The notes under the pieces: generated by a model | Database searches by the model: none | What the model saw: the letters and a program-made list of their open reading frames with translations, nothing else | Told to the model about the DNA's origin: nothing | In this document: positions 48,501 through 59,942 of the stretch, in pieces | Position numbering within the stretch: the stretch's first letter is position 1 | Layout: each line of letters opens with the position of its first letter | Assembly: GCA_009602735.1 (NCBI GenBank) | Contig: WELA01003444.1 | Location: 6,738 to 70,737, forward strand | Origin: Mesotaenium endlicherianum | Lineage: Eukaryota | Length of the DNA stretch: 64,000 bases | Direction: 5' to 3' | Position numbers and translations under genes: made by a program

Positions 48501-50920
48501 GAGGCCGCCGCCCAGAGGCGCACCAAGAGCATGGCCGTCTACTGGGACAGCTGGCCGCTGTGCGACAGGTGTGGGAAGCCCAAGAAGGGGAGCCTCGAGG
48601 CACCGCCAGGTGGCGGCGGCGGCAGCAGGGGCGGTCCTGCGGGTGGCAGCCACATGGCGCTGCCAGCTGCTGGCACCTACACGATGCTACTGGGGGGAGC
48701 GGCTGTTCCAGGTGTCAGCGCGTTGAGTGCTACAGAGGAAGCCCCAGGCGCGCTAGTTCCTTGCTCCCTTGCTGTCAATGCCAGGCAGGAGGTGCCAGGT
48801 GGCGGCGGCGGAACCGGGGCCCCTGTGGTCCCCCCCTACACAAGCACCCACAGTCACGAGGTTCAGATGGCCCTTGTGAAGGGGGAACAGCCAGGTGTCG
48901 CCACCCCAGCAGCACCGGGAATGCAGGAGGGATTAACTCCTAACCCTGACGGGAATGGTGCGCCGCCGAAGGCAAGCACAGGCCAGCATGGTGCGTACTC
49001 TGACCAGCTGACACCTGGCCAGCCGGGCGAAAACTATTCCAGTCAGGGTCAAAGTCAAGGTCTTGGTCAGGGTCAAGGTCAACCCCTGGAGGCTCCCCAG
49101 GCAGGACTCGTGTTGCAGCTTTCTCAGCTGCTCTCTCAGGCTCTAGTTGCGCCAGGTGGCAGCCTGGCTCACGCGCAGGGGCCCACGTATGCCGGCTGGC
49201 AAGCGGCACAAGCACAGGGCGGGGGCGGAGAAGATGTCCATGGTCAAGGTCAACCCATACTTGGTCAAGGGCAGCCCCTAGCTGGGCCTGGCGATGGGCA
49301 GGGGCAGGTTTTGCAGCCCCAGGAGCAGACAGCTGGCAGCATAGGGACGGGCCAGGCTCATCGCCCTCTGGATGCGCCAGCTGGCCAGCAGGGCTGGCCC
49401 GCCGAGCAGACGCTGGCAGCGCTGCAAGGGCAAGCTGGTGCGCATGTGCTCACGCCAGTCGTCAGCGGGGGAGCCCCTGTCGGTAATATTTCGCATCCGC
49501 CCCCAGGCCCCCCCGTCCCCCCGCCNNNNNNNNNNNNNNNNNNNNNNNNNNNNNNNNNNNNNNNNNNNNNNNNNNNNNNNNNNNNNNNNNNNNNNNNNNN
49601 NNNNNNNNNNNNNNNNNNNNNNNNNNNNNNNNNNNNNNNNNNNNNNNNNNNNNNNNNNNNNNNNNNNNNNNNNNNNNNNNNNNNNNNNNNNNNNNNNNNN
49701 NNNNNNNNNNNNNNNNNNNNNTTCCCCCTCCCCCCCCTCCTCTCTTTCAGAACCCTCACCCCTGGACCAAATTCCGGCCCCCCTCACTGAGGGTTTGTTA
49801 GCATAGCCGTCGTGGAGACGTGTGCTTCCCGTGCACCCCAGGGGCTGCTTTGACACGGACCCCTCCGACGTCCCTGTGAGGTGCGAGCCCGTGATTGGCG
49901 GGACTCCTTAGAGAAAATTGCTCTCGTCGTCCCCCGCTCTAAAAGGGCAGCCTCAATAGAAAGGTGCCAAGTGGCAGGTGCTGGTTGCTGGAGTGCAGAG
50001 AACACTCAGGAGGGGGGGGAGAGGGTTGGTGGGGAGGGAGGGCAGGGGGAAGGGGGGGAGCGGACACTCCCCAAGTGGCGTCCTGTGGAGGGCTGCCGCT
50101 TCGCCACTGCTTGTCCATCCTGAGCGAAGCACTGCTGGCAGATGAGTTGGGGAAGGAGGTTTGGCTATGCCCCGCTCCTCCTGGCACTGGCAATCGTTTC
50201 CCTTCTGGCAGCCACTTGTCTCCTCCTCCTCCCGAGGAGCCGGGGCTGAGGGGCTAGGGCTTCCGCTGCAGGCTTCAGGTCTAGGTGTAGGGTTCAGGGG
50301 TCAGGAGTGGGCTTTAAATATTACTAAAGCACGAGGACAACTCCTGAAGTTACAGCTCATACAATCTCCCAGTCCCCCCCCCCCTCCTCCTCCTCTTCCT
50401 CCTCAGTTCCAATCTCTAAGCTAGCCAAGCTAGTTGCTTGCGTCTCCTGCTTGGAGCGTCTCCTGCCTGGAGCGTCTCCTGCTTGCATCTCCATGGACAC
50501 GTCCCTCAGCTGCCTCCTTGGGCTTTAGCTGTCCACCTGTTGGACTCGTACAGCGTCAGAAACTAATACACTTGATCCCCGCCACCTGGCATGTACTTCT
50601 GTGCTTCTTGCCTTCCTCCTTCTCCCTCCCCCTCCTCTCCCCGCAGATCCCCATCTCGCCGCGCACGACCCCCGGGTGGCGCTGCTCGTCAGCCTCGTGG
50701 CGCAGCTCGCGGCCAGCATGCCACCAGGTGGTAGCCTCTCGGCCGCCGACGTGGCGGCCATGCAGCAGTCCGGCCTCAGCTCCGCCTTCCTCGCTGACCT
50801 CCTCCAGCAGCAGCAGCAGCAGCAGCTCCACCTGTCCCCCCACCCCCACCCCCACTCCCAGCACCAGCACCCGTACCACCCGAACCACCAGCACCAGCAG
50901 CAGTTGGTGCAGCTGCTCCT

Positions 50921-50959
<39 letters not shown>

Positions 50960-53900
50960 GGGGGCGCCGCGGTTGCTGCCAGCTAAGAGGAGCTCGCAGT
51001 TCCGCGGGATCACGCGCCACCACGGGCGCTGGCAGGCGCGCATCAAGGAGAGCCGGCGCGACCTCCACCTCGGCTACTACGACACAGGTGCGTGGTGCGC
51101 GCGCCACCGTGGGGGGGGGGCTCCCTCATTCTCCCCCCCCCCGCCCCCGCCCCCCCGCCCCCCTCTCTACCTCTCTTGCCCTCTCATGCTCTCTTGCTCC
51201 CTGTTGTGCTCTCTCTCTCTCTCCCTCTCTCTTTCCCTCTCTTGCCCTCTCTTGCCCTCTCCTGAGCTTTCTCCGGGCATATGGAACGAGAGATGTGCAC
51301 ACCCTGCATCACCAGCTGGCTGCAAGGAAGTCCCGCGACGGGTCACGCTCCCAGTGCACGTCCGCTGCCGCCCAGTGCTGACGGAGAGCTTGTCCTTGTG
51401 CGTGTGCTTGTGCGTGTGCGTGTGCGCGTGTGTGTGCGTGTGCGTGTGCGTGTGCGCTCTCGCAGAGGAGGAGGCGGCGCGGGCGTACGACCGGGCGGCC
51501 CTCCAGTACCGGGGCAAATTCACAGTCACAAACTTTCCCGTGTCCGAGTACCCGTCGCTGCTCTGGGAGAATCCCAAAGTGCCTCCCCCAGAAGAGCCCC
51601 CCCCCCTGGGCTGGACGCCGTCGCGCCCCAAGTACAAGCGGCAGCACAAGACGGCGCCAGGTGGCAGTGCGGCTGCGGCGACCGCGGCGGCGGCAGCAGC
51701 GTCAGGCGGCGGCGAGGAGAGCCTGGCGGCGGCGGCTGCGGTGGCGGCGGCNGGAGAGACGGGAGGCGCGGGGCTCTACCTCCTACCTCCTGGGGGTTCA
51801 TGGCTCCTCGAATCCAGATAAGGGTTTGGGTGTAGGGCTTGGGTTTGTGTTGGGAGGTTTTGAATTCAATGTTGGAGTGGTCACATACCAGTCAGGAACA
51901 AACTCGTACTCGTTGCTTATTCAACAAATTAAATTGGCATTGCAATGGGGCAGGGAGCTCTTACCATTTCTCCATTCTCATCCGCATCCATTCCCATCCA
52001 TCGTGGGGACCCCTCTCTTCGCCCCCCCCCCCATTTCCCCCTCCCNNNNNNNNNNCACGCGCCACCACGGGCGCTGGCAGGCGCGCATCAAGGAGAGCCG
52101 GCGCGACCTCCACCTCGGCTACTACGACACAGGTGCGTGGTGCGCGCGCCACCGTGGGGGGGGGGCTCCCTCATTCTCCCCCCCCCCGCCCCCGCCCCCC
52201 CGCCCCCCTCTCTACCTCTCTTGCCCTCTCATGCTCTCTTGCTCCCTGTTGTGCTCTCTCTCTCTCTCCCTCTCTCTTTCCCTCTCTTGCCCTCTCTTGC
52301 CCTCTCCTGAGCTTTCTCCGGGCATATGGAACGAGAGATGTGCACACCCTGCATCACCAGCTGGCTGCAAGGAAGTCCCGCGACGGGTCACGCTCCCAGT
52401 GCACGTCCGCTGCCGCCCAGTGCTGACGGAGAGCTTGTCCTTGTGCGTGTGCTTGTGCGTGTGCGTGTGCGCGTGTGTGTGCGTGTGCGTGTGCGTGTGC
52501 GCTCTCGCAGAGGAGGAGGCGGCGCGGGCGTACGACCGGGCGGCCCTCCAGTACCGGGGCAAATTCACAGTCACAAACTTTCCCGTGTCCGAGTACCCGT
52601 CGCTGCTCTGGGAGAATCCCAAAGTGCCTCCCCCAGAAGAGCCCCCCCCCCTGGGCTGGACGCCGTCGCGCCCCAAGTACAAGCGGCAGCACAAGACGGC
52701 GCCAGGTGGCAGTGCGGCTGCGGCGACCGCGGCGGCGGCAGCAGCGTCAGGCGGCGGCGAGGAGAGCCTGGCGGCGGCGGCTGCGGTGGCGGCGGCTGGG
52801 GCAGGAGGAGCCGTGGCGGGACACGTGGCGCCGCCCCGGGAGATCACGTCGGGTGGGGCTTACTGGAGGAAGCGGCAGAAGAAGGGGGCGGCGCCGGCCG
52901 ACTATCGGCAGGGACAAACGGGGGGGGAGGGGCCGGCGAAGCAGGAGGATGGGACAGCTGGCGGGGCTGCGGAGATGCAGATTGCGATGCAAGGGAGCGT
53001 CTATCGGGGGGACCTTTCCCAGCCTTACACGACGCAGGCGCATGCGCAGGCGCAGGAGCAGGGCCAGGGCCAGGGCCAGGGTCAACCGGTGGACCGCGGT
53101 CAAGGTCAGAGTTACGCGCAGGGGCATGGCCAAAGTCAACTTCCGAGTCAAGGCCTGGGCGAAGGTCCAGGCTACGCCCAAGGTCAAGGCCTCAGCCAGG
53201 GTCAAGGTCAAAGTCAAGGTCAAGGTCAGCCACAGGGAGGAGAGAGGAGGGAAGGGGGGGGACAGGATGGGCAGTTGGATGGGGTAAAATTTCTCGGGGA
53301 AGTTTCATATCACGCCGGCAGCCAAGGGGGAGTGGTTGATGCGGAGAGAGGTGATGGGAGGGGGGGGCTGGGGGGGGCTGGGGAAGGACAGGTGGAACAC
53401 GTGGAGGTGGGGCACGTGGCTGCAGAGGCGCCAGGTGGCACCGCAGGAGACCACGAGCTGGACCATGTTCACTTCGGCGGAGGCTTCCAGCGCCTGCTGG
53501 CCGAGCAGTCGAGCAGTCACCACCTGGCAAACGGACACTTGTCAGGAGAGCACGCCGAGTTCGTCGGCGCTGGCGCTGGTGGCGATATGGAAGTGCGACA
53601 CCTGGGCCATCATGTGGAGCAGCTGAGGCCGGAGGTGCATGAAGCCGACCACGTGCAGGCCCCTGCCGGGGGGGCTGGTGCGCCGTACCTGGACCAGGAC
53701 GCGAGAGAGGCCCAGGAGCAACAGCAGCAGCAGCACCACCAGCAGTTTCTGCAGCACCAAAACCAACACCAGCAGCAGCAGCAGCAGCATCACCAGCACC
53801 AACACCACCAGCACCAGCAGCAGCAGCAGCAGCACCAGCACCAGTACCAGCAACTGCAGCAGCAGCACCAGCAGCAGCAGCAGCAGCAACACCCTGGCCA

Positions 53901-56900
53901 CTTTGAGGAGCAGGCACCCCTGCCCCTGCCCCTACCCCAACACCTTCCTCTGTATGGGACCCCGGGAGGGGAGAGTGGGGACGGGCTCGGAGACGGGGTC
54001 GAGCACAAGCACGGCCGAGCGAACGAGCGACAAGTGGCGGGTCGCCAGAGGCAGCACAGTGATCCTGGTCCCAGACGGAGCCGACTGACCATGAGGAGGA
54101 GGGGAGTAGCGGGCAAGGGAGACGAGCACGCAGGAGGAGGAGGAGGAGGGGAGAGGGAGGGGGCGGAGGGGAGNNNNNNNNNNNNNNNNNNNNCGGAGGG
54201 GAGGGGGGGGAGGGGGAGGCATCAAGTGCACGTCGTGCATGAGGAGGAGGGAGGGGTGTATGACAACGAGGAGGAGGGAGATGGGGAGGAGGAGGAGGAG
54301 GAGGAGGAGGATCAAGATCCGGTAGCTCTTGCTATGAAGGCTGCGGAGGAGGCTGCGGGGATGGACGTCCGCAGGCGCGGCGGCCAGGTGGCGCGTGCCG
54401 ACGGCCGCCAGGTGGCCGCGGGCGAGAGCGGCAGGCATGGCGATGTGGTGACGAATAGTAACGTGGACGGCTTGAGACAGCAGCGGGGGCTGCCTGTGGG
54501 GTACCGCATGGGAAGCGGGGCTGACGAGGATTATTTACGCCGAGGTGGCGGGTACGCCAATCACAGTGCAAGGGGGGGATTGAGTCGGGCGGAGGGGCGC
54601 CAGGTGGCAGACTATGGCGGCGGGGAGCTTGACGTGGAGCTGAGAGAGGTGCCAGCTGGCAGTAGCAAGGATGTTACTATTACAACGTCAGAGTTCACGA
54701 GCCGTCCGGGTGCTGACAGCTGGCCACAGGCAGCCACTCTTTATGTGGAGGCTCGAGGGGAGGATGATTCGTCACATCACCCACTAGGCGGCAGTGCTCA
54801 GGAGTCTCTCCGCGGGCTGCCATCTGTCGTTGCACGGGGCCATAATGGAATAGTGACGTCAGCTGGTGCAGGATCCATGTCAGCAGAGGAAGCTGTTAGG
54901 GACAGACAGGTGGCACCTTCAATGGAGGTGGCGACATCGCACGGCGCTCAAGTCGAGCACTCCGGTGCTGCACAGCTGGCATTTCCCAGCTCTGGGCCTG
55001 CATGTGGCGCGTTGGCAGGAGCAGGGCCTCCGCAGTCAGGCGCCCGCCACTTGCCGCTCCCTGCAGACGACAGCGAAGCCTGCGCCGAGAATGCGCCAGG
55101 TGGCTGGGCACTGCGCAGTCCAGGGGAGGGAGTGGAGCAGCAGCAGCAGCAGCAGCAGCAGGGGCAAGCCGTGGTGGGGAACGAGGGCGAGAGAGAGGAG
55201 GAGGCGGGGGGCGGCAACGGAACCCCCGGTGGAGCGGGGGGGGAGGGCCGCGGCCGGGACCAGAAGGGGGGCGAGACGGGGCACGGAGGGGGGATGTTTC
55301 AGGCGGAGCTGGATGCGCCAGCTGGCAAGGGGCGCGAGGAACCGCACGAAACAAATAGCAAGGCCGCCAGCGCCGGCGGTGGGGGCATAGGCAGGGGCGG
55401 GGGCGGAGGCAGGGGCGGGCACGGGGGTGCAAGTAATGTCGCTGAGGGGGCCGTCAGGAAGGGCGAGCAGGAGGTCAGTGATAGGCTCTACGCGTGGGGG
55501 GCGGCAGCACAGCTACGGGAGGAGGGGGAGGGGGGCAGGGCGGCAGAGGAGGTGGTGGTGGTGGTGGTGGAGGAGGAGGAGGAGGAGGAGGGCGGGGATT
55601 ACGACGACGCTGACATCATTATATGCGACGAAGAGGTCGACGAGGCTGTCCCGCTGGCGGAGGAGGCGGGCGGCAGCAGGGCGGCGGGAGGGCGGCCGCG
55701 TGATGCGCAAGCGCACGAGCAAGCCGGGGCGCCGCGGCATTCTGAACTGCTGCCAGGTGGCGGGCTGGGAGAAGGCCACGAGGACGCGCAACGGGGGGCA
55801 GATTTTGCTCCTGCAAGGACTCGGGCCACCACTGCCGCTGCGGCGGCACAGGCAGCCGCGGGCGCAACAGCTGTCACACCGACCGCGCCATCAACGCCAG
55901 CCGGGGCTACAGCAAGTGGCGGGGGCGAGGAAATGCGCACGGAGGAGCAGGGCATGGGACAGCTGGCAAGAGCAGGCGTCCAGCTGGAGGCCGTGGGAGG
56001 ACAGGGAGATGACGTCAGGACTGAAGGGGGGGATGGGGGAGGCGTGGGCGTGCCCGCAGGCGCACGCATAGATACAGGTGTCGGCGGCAGGGTGCACGGA
56101 GGCCCGAGCCCAAGCATCAAACGTGAGAGGGAGGACGAGACGCAGCAGAGAGGGCCTGAGGACTTGCCTGCGGTTGGTGCTTTCAGGGAAGGCGCAATGG
56201 GGGAGAGCGAGACTGAGGCAGGTACTCGTGCAGATGCAGCGGGGGTTGGAGGAGGCGCCCCAGCATTGCCACCAGGGGAGGATTTGACGGACAGGGGTGG
56301 CGGGGAAGCAGAGGAGGGGGGCGGAGTGAGCGGGGGGGAGCTGAGAAGGAGGCGGAGAAACGATTCAAGGAAGAGGTCTCGGCCTTGTCAACTCCCCCCG
56401 GGGTATGGCACAGGGGAGGAGGGGGATGGGCACGTCGGGGAGGTGGCGACCGAGGGAGAAGTTTCTGAGGGGGGGGAGGAGCTAGAGGTGGGGGGGGACG
56501 AGAAGGGGGGAAGTGCAGAGGGGCCGGAAGAAGACGCCGCCGCCGATTCCGGTGCTGTTGCGAAGCGAAGGAGGCGGGAGAGGGGCGCGGAGGGGAGCAG
56601 GGGCGAACGAGAGACGCAAGAGGTGGAAGTGGAGGAGGAGGAGGAGGTCGAGGTGGAGGTCGATGTGGAGATGGTTGCGGCGGGAGGCGCAGGGGAGGGG
56701 GAGGAGGAAGAGGGGGCCCCTTCCCCGAGCTTGGCTCATCCGCATGATGGCCCTGCTCATGCGCAGGCGGCAGCAGGGAGTGGCCTGGCGGAGGAGAGTG
56801 TTGGGCGCGCAGAAGGAGGGCCTCACTCGATTCATCATCATCGCCACCATCAGCGTCACCATCACCAACCCCATGATGGTGATTGTGACGGTTGTGAGCG

Positions 56901-58084
56901 CGAGCGCGGCGGCGCTGGGGGGGGTGAGCAGGCCAGGGAGGGGCAAGCTGGGGGGCAGCAGCGGCAGAATCAGCAGCAGCAGCAGCAGCAGGAGGAGGAG
57001 GAGGAGCAGGAGGAGCAGGAAAAGGAGGATGGACGCTTGCCAGGTGTGCAGGCTGGGGAAGGGGCGGTTGGATCCTCTCAGGTTGCTGCTGCTGCTTCTC
57101 CTCCTGCTCCTGCTGCTGCTTCTGCGCCTACGTTGGCATCGGCAGCCGCAGCAGCAGCCACCGCAGCCGCGGCAACAGCAGCTGCGGCAGCAGAAGAAGC
57201 AGCAAAGATAGCAGGTGACCCAACGTGCCTCCTATCTCTTCAGCCTTTTTTTTGGTCGGGGCTGAAGCCTGCTGTACACGTTCTGCTCTTGGGCGCGCTC
57301 TGGGGCGCGTCGCCTCTGGTCAGTGACTCGCGCCTGTGGCTTGTTGTCACCTCTGGTATAGAGGCACGCACCTGTTGCTTGCTGATGTCGTCACCTCTGG
57401 TATAGTGACGCGCACTTGTGGCGTGTCGTTGTCGTCGCTTGCTCGCATGTCAGGTGCACTGACCGAGTGGTCGACGCTTGGAACCAGTCCTGATGAGGGT
57501 CGGAGTGCGAACATGCCCTTGGTGTTCAATCACTGGGCCGCCTGTGGCTGCCCCTGACCGCGAGGAGCGGGAGTGTGACTGTGGGGAGCTTAGAAACCGA
57601 CAGCTGTTGGCCCCGGCCTAGCCCCTGCCCCGCCTCTTTTGCTCTCTCCGGTCCTTATAATCAATGAAGGGAGGTTATCTCGTGGGAAAGTAATATGTGT
57701 TAAGGGTGCTAGCTACAATTGCACAATAGGGCGCAGTGTGCAAAGGGACGAGCTGATAGCTGAGGGTATGCTTTTTCTGTGCCTTTGGGGGCTAGAACGT
57801 TGGGCGATAGGTGAGGACTTGGTAGTGGGCTTAGGGTACATGAGCTTGCTCACACCGGGGGCAACGTGCACACTGGGGGCAACGTACAGGCGGGAAAACT
57901 ATGAGTTGATGGCCGTGGGTATGCTTGGCTGTGCTGTGGAGCGCGCACATGTCTGCTCGTGGTGGGTGCAGGTCCACTAGCGGGAGGGGTGCCGGGAGGG
58001 GTGTCGGGCCAGGAGGGGCCGTCAATGGACACGGCGCCCGAGTTTGACGCCGCCATGGTCCTCCAGCTGTTGCATCAGAAGTAG
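45598..58084 (+). CDS. Large two-AP2-domain transcription factor with Q/H/G/E-rich disordered regions (multi-exon, gapped)
   Basis: Exon 45598-46504 (RFRGITPHHGRWQARIKEARRDIHLGYYDS) splices to 48313 onward (EENAARAYDRALLKFRGRSAATNF). Exon 50647-51087 (QFRGITRHHGRWQARIKESRRDLHLGYYDT) splices to 51466 or 52511 (EEEAARAYDRAALQYRGKFTVTNF). The long exon runs to about 57214. Probable terminal exons are 57454-57498 and 57972-58084 (...FDAAMVLQLLHQK*). The end of exon 2 is not resolved because of the gap at 49526. Confidence 0.85.
51011..52796 (+). repeat. Apparently identical 741-bp duplication (51011-51751 = 52056-52796), probable assembly artefact
   Basis: No differences seen even in the intron microsatellite. 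Copy 1 ends at an N and copy 2 starts right after a 10-N gap. Confidence 0.85.
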
Positions 58085-58929
58085 GGTTTGAGCTCGTTCT
58101 CTAATGAGTTATGGAACAGCTGATTGAAGTTTGAAAACGTGTATCAGTGAGCATCGAGTTTGTGTTGGCTAGTTGCTTAGTCACTGCAATAGAAATTAGC
58201 CGTGTGGTGTTCTTGGTCTGCAGAAAGGAGTGATTGACGATCGTTGCTGCAGTGCTTACGCCCACACTCGTGGTTTGCTTATTGATGATAGACACCGATT
58301 AGATTCAGTTAATTGCCATTTTTTTGCAACTTTTTGCTGACACTTATTGTGTCACTAGACCTCATTACAGGCTCGCCCTCAACAACTTTGACTTTTCCAG
58401 TGTAAAGCGTTACTGAATTACAACAGGTGGTGCTTGCTATTTTTGTTGTGTGCGGTGCATGGACGCATTACTGAAACTCGAGCTTCATAAGCTTGCGTGG
58501 TGCAAATGGGAACCACTTTACATGTTTGAGGACTTCTTAGCCAGCAACATTTGTGTCTTCAATGCTTTATGTGCATGACCAGTTCAATCTTCAATTAGGC
58601 TCCTACCTCCTGTCAAGGAGTATGTTGTCAATGAAATGTATGCTGGCCCTTACGTATACCCTCTATGAGGCAAAAGGAAGTTGGAATTCTCAAAATGTGA
58701 TCTGTGATCAAAGGACTTATAATCGGGGAAGCAAATCTCCTTCTGGCCGGAGGCACGAGCGTTGAGCCTACAAATACTATGCTGTCATGCTTGGTGCCGT
58801 CGAGTCTCTCACGTGTCTGGTGAGTTGATCTGGGGTGGTGGAAGTTGACAGGCTAGTGGTTAGTAGGGTTAGGGTGGTAGGTGAGGATGACTTAGTTCAC
58901 AAACGACTGCAGTAAGCACTTGGACCTAT

Positions 58930-59942
58930 GATCCGCTCACGAGGTTCTGCTGTTGAGCAGCTGTGAGGTTCCGCCCGGATCCCGCGCATTTCCCTCCACC
59001 TTCACACGTGGTCCTGCTTCCCGCACTTGTGGAGGTCGACCCACGAGTCCCCTCGCTGGTTAGGTCGGCGCTGGTACCAAGTGGGAGCTGTAGTTGCCCA
59101 TGGCCTAGTCATCATGTACGATAGGCAGCCCCGCTGGGTATGCCCACGGGGTTGTTAGGGGTTAGGGAGTGTATGGGCGTGCACATGGGGTTGGGGTGTC
59201 GTCTCGTCATACTACGTCGTCCTTTTCTGATTTAGTTCCTTTATTATATATTAATTATAGTGCTTATGGTTTTGTTGGTGTGACGCGATCACGCGTCACC
59301 CGAGTAGGTAGCAATTACGATTGACTTTCACTTTCGGCACTGGGCTAGAGGTTCGTGGGTATGCTATTTAGGCCGCGAGCTAACACTCATAGAGTGTTAG
59401 CATTTGTATGTCGCTTGATGCTTCTATACCATATTTTCTCACTTTACTCTTGTCTATGCATATCCCTTGCTGTTGTACTTGTTCGTTACCTCACACACTG
59501 TAGTAAGGTACTTCATAGTCCATACATGCTACGGATCTGCTAGCCTAGAGTCTCGTGGAGTTGAAGCCTGCCATAACATCGCTAGCCTAGTCAATAGACA
59601 CTTCCTCTTACACCCTCATCTACACCCAGTAGTCCTAGCTCGTCCGCCCACGTTCCTAGGTTTCATAGCTCACTTTTTCCTTAGTTCTTTGCGGACTTAG
59701 CTGCCCCAGTAGTGCCCACTAGTGCCCAGACTTCTTGTATAATTTTTCGTATTCGCAGCTCATAAGCTGTGGGCTTTTCCTTCCACTAGGGGAGGTTTTT
59801 ACCCACCAGCACGTAGATTAGTCAGTCCTTGCATACCCTTGGGGTATTTCCTTTTGAGGGGTCCATCCTTCCTTGCCCTGCCGATGCCTAGCGTCCTCCC
59901 ACAGCCGATGCCTAGCGTCCTCCCACAGTCTCAGTCACGACA
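58930..59942. mobile_element. Possible decayed LTR-retrotransposon remnant
   Basis: Minus-strand HKCGKQDHV resembles a broken zinc knuckle (about 59005-59035). TGTTAGGG at 59153, a perfect 10-bp hairpin at 59379-59401, and a 24-bp tandem repeat at 59880-59927. No paired LTR, PBS or TSD found. Confidence 0.3.

Noticed and set aside
52056..52796. A third AP2 domain, and the 1991-aa ORF 51430-57405 as listed
   Set aside because: It duplicates 51011-51751 with no visible differences and is bounded by Ns, so it is most likely a contig-overlap artefact. The ORF also reads through gaps and an intron.
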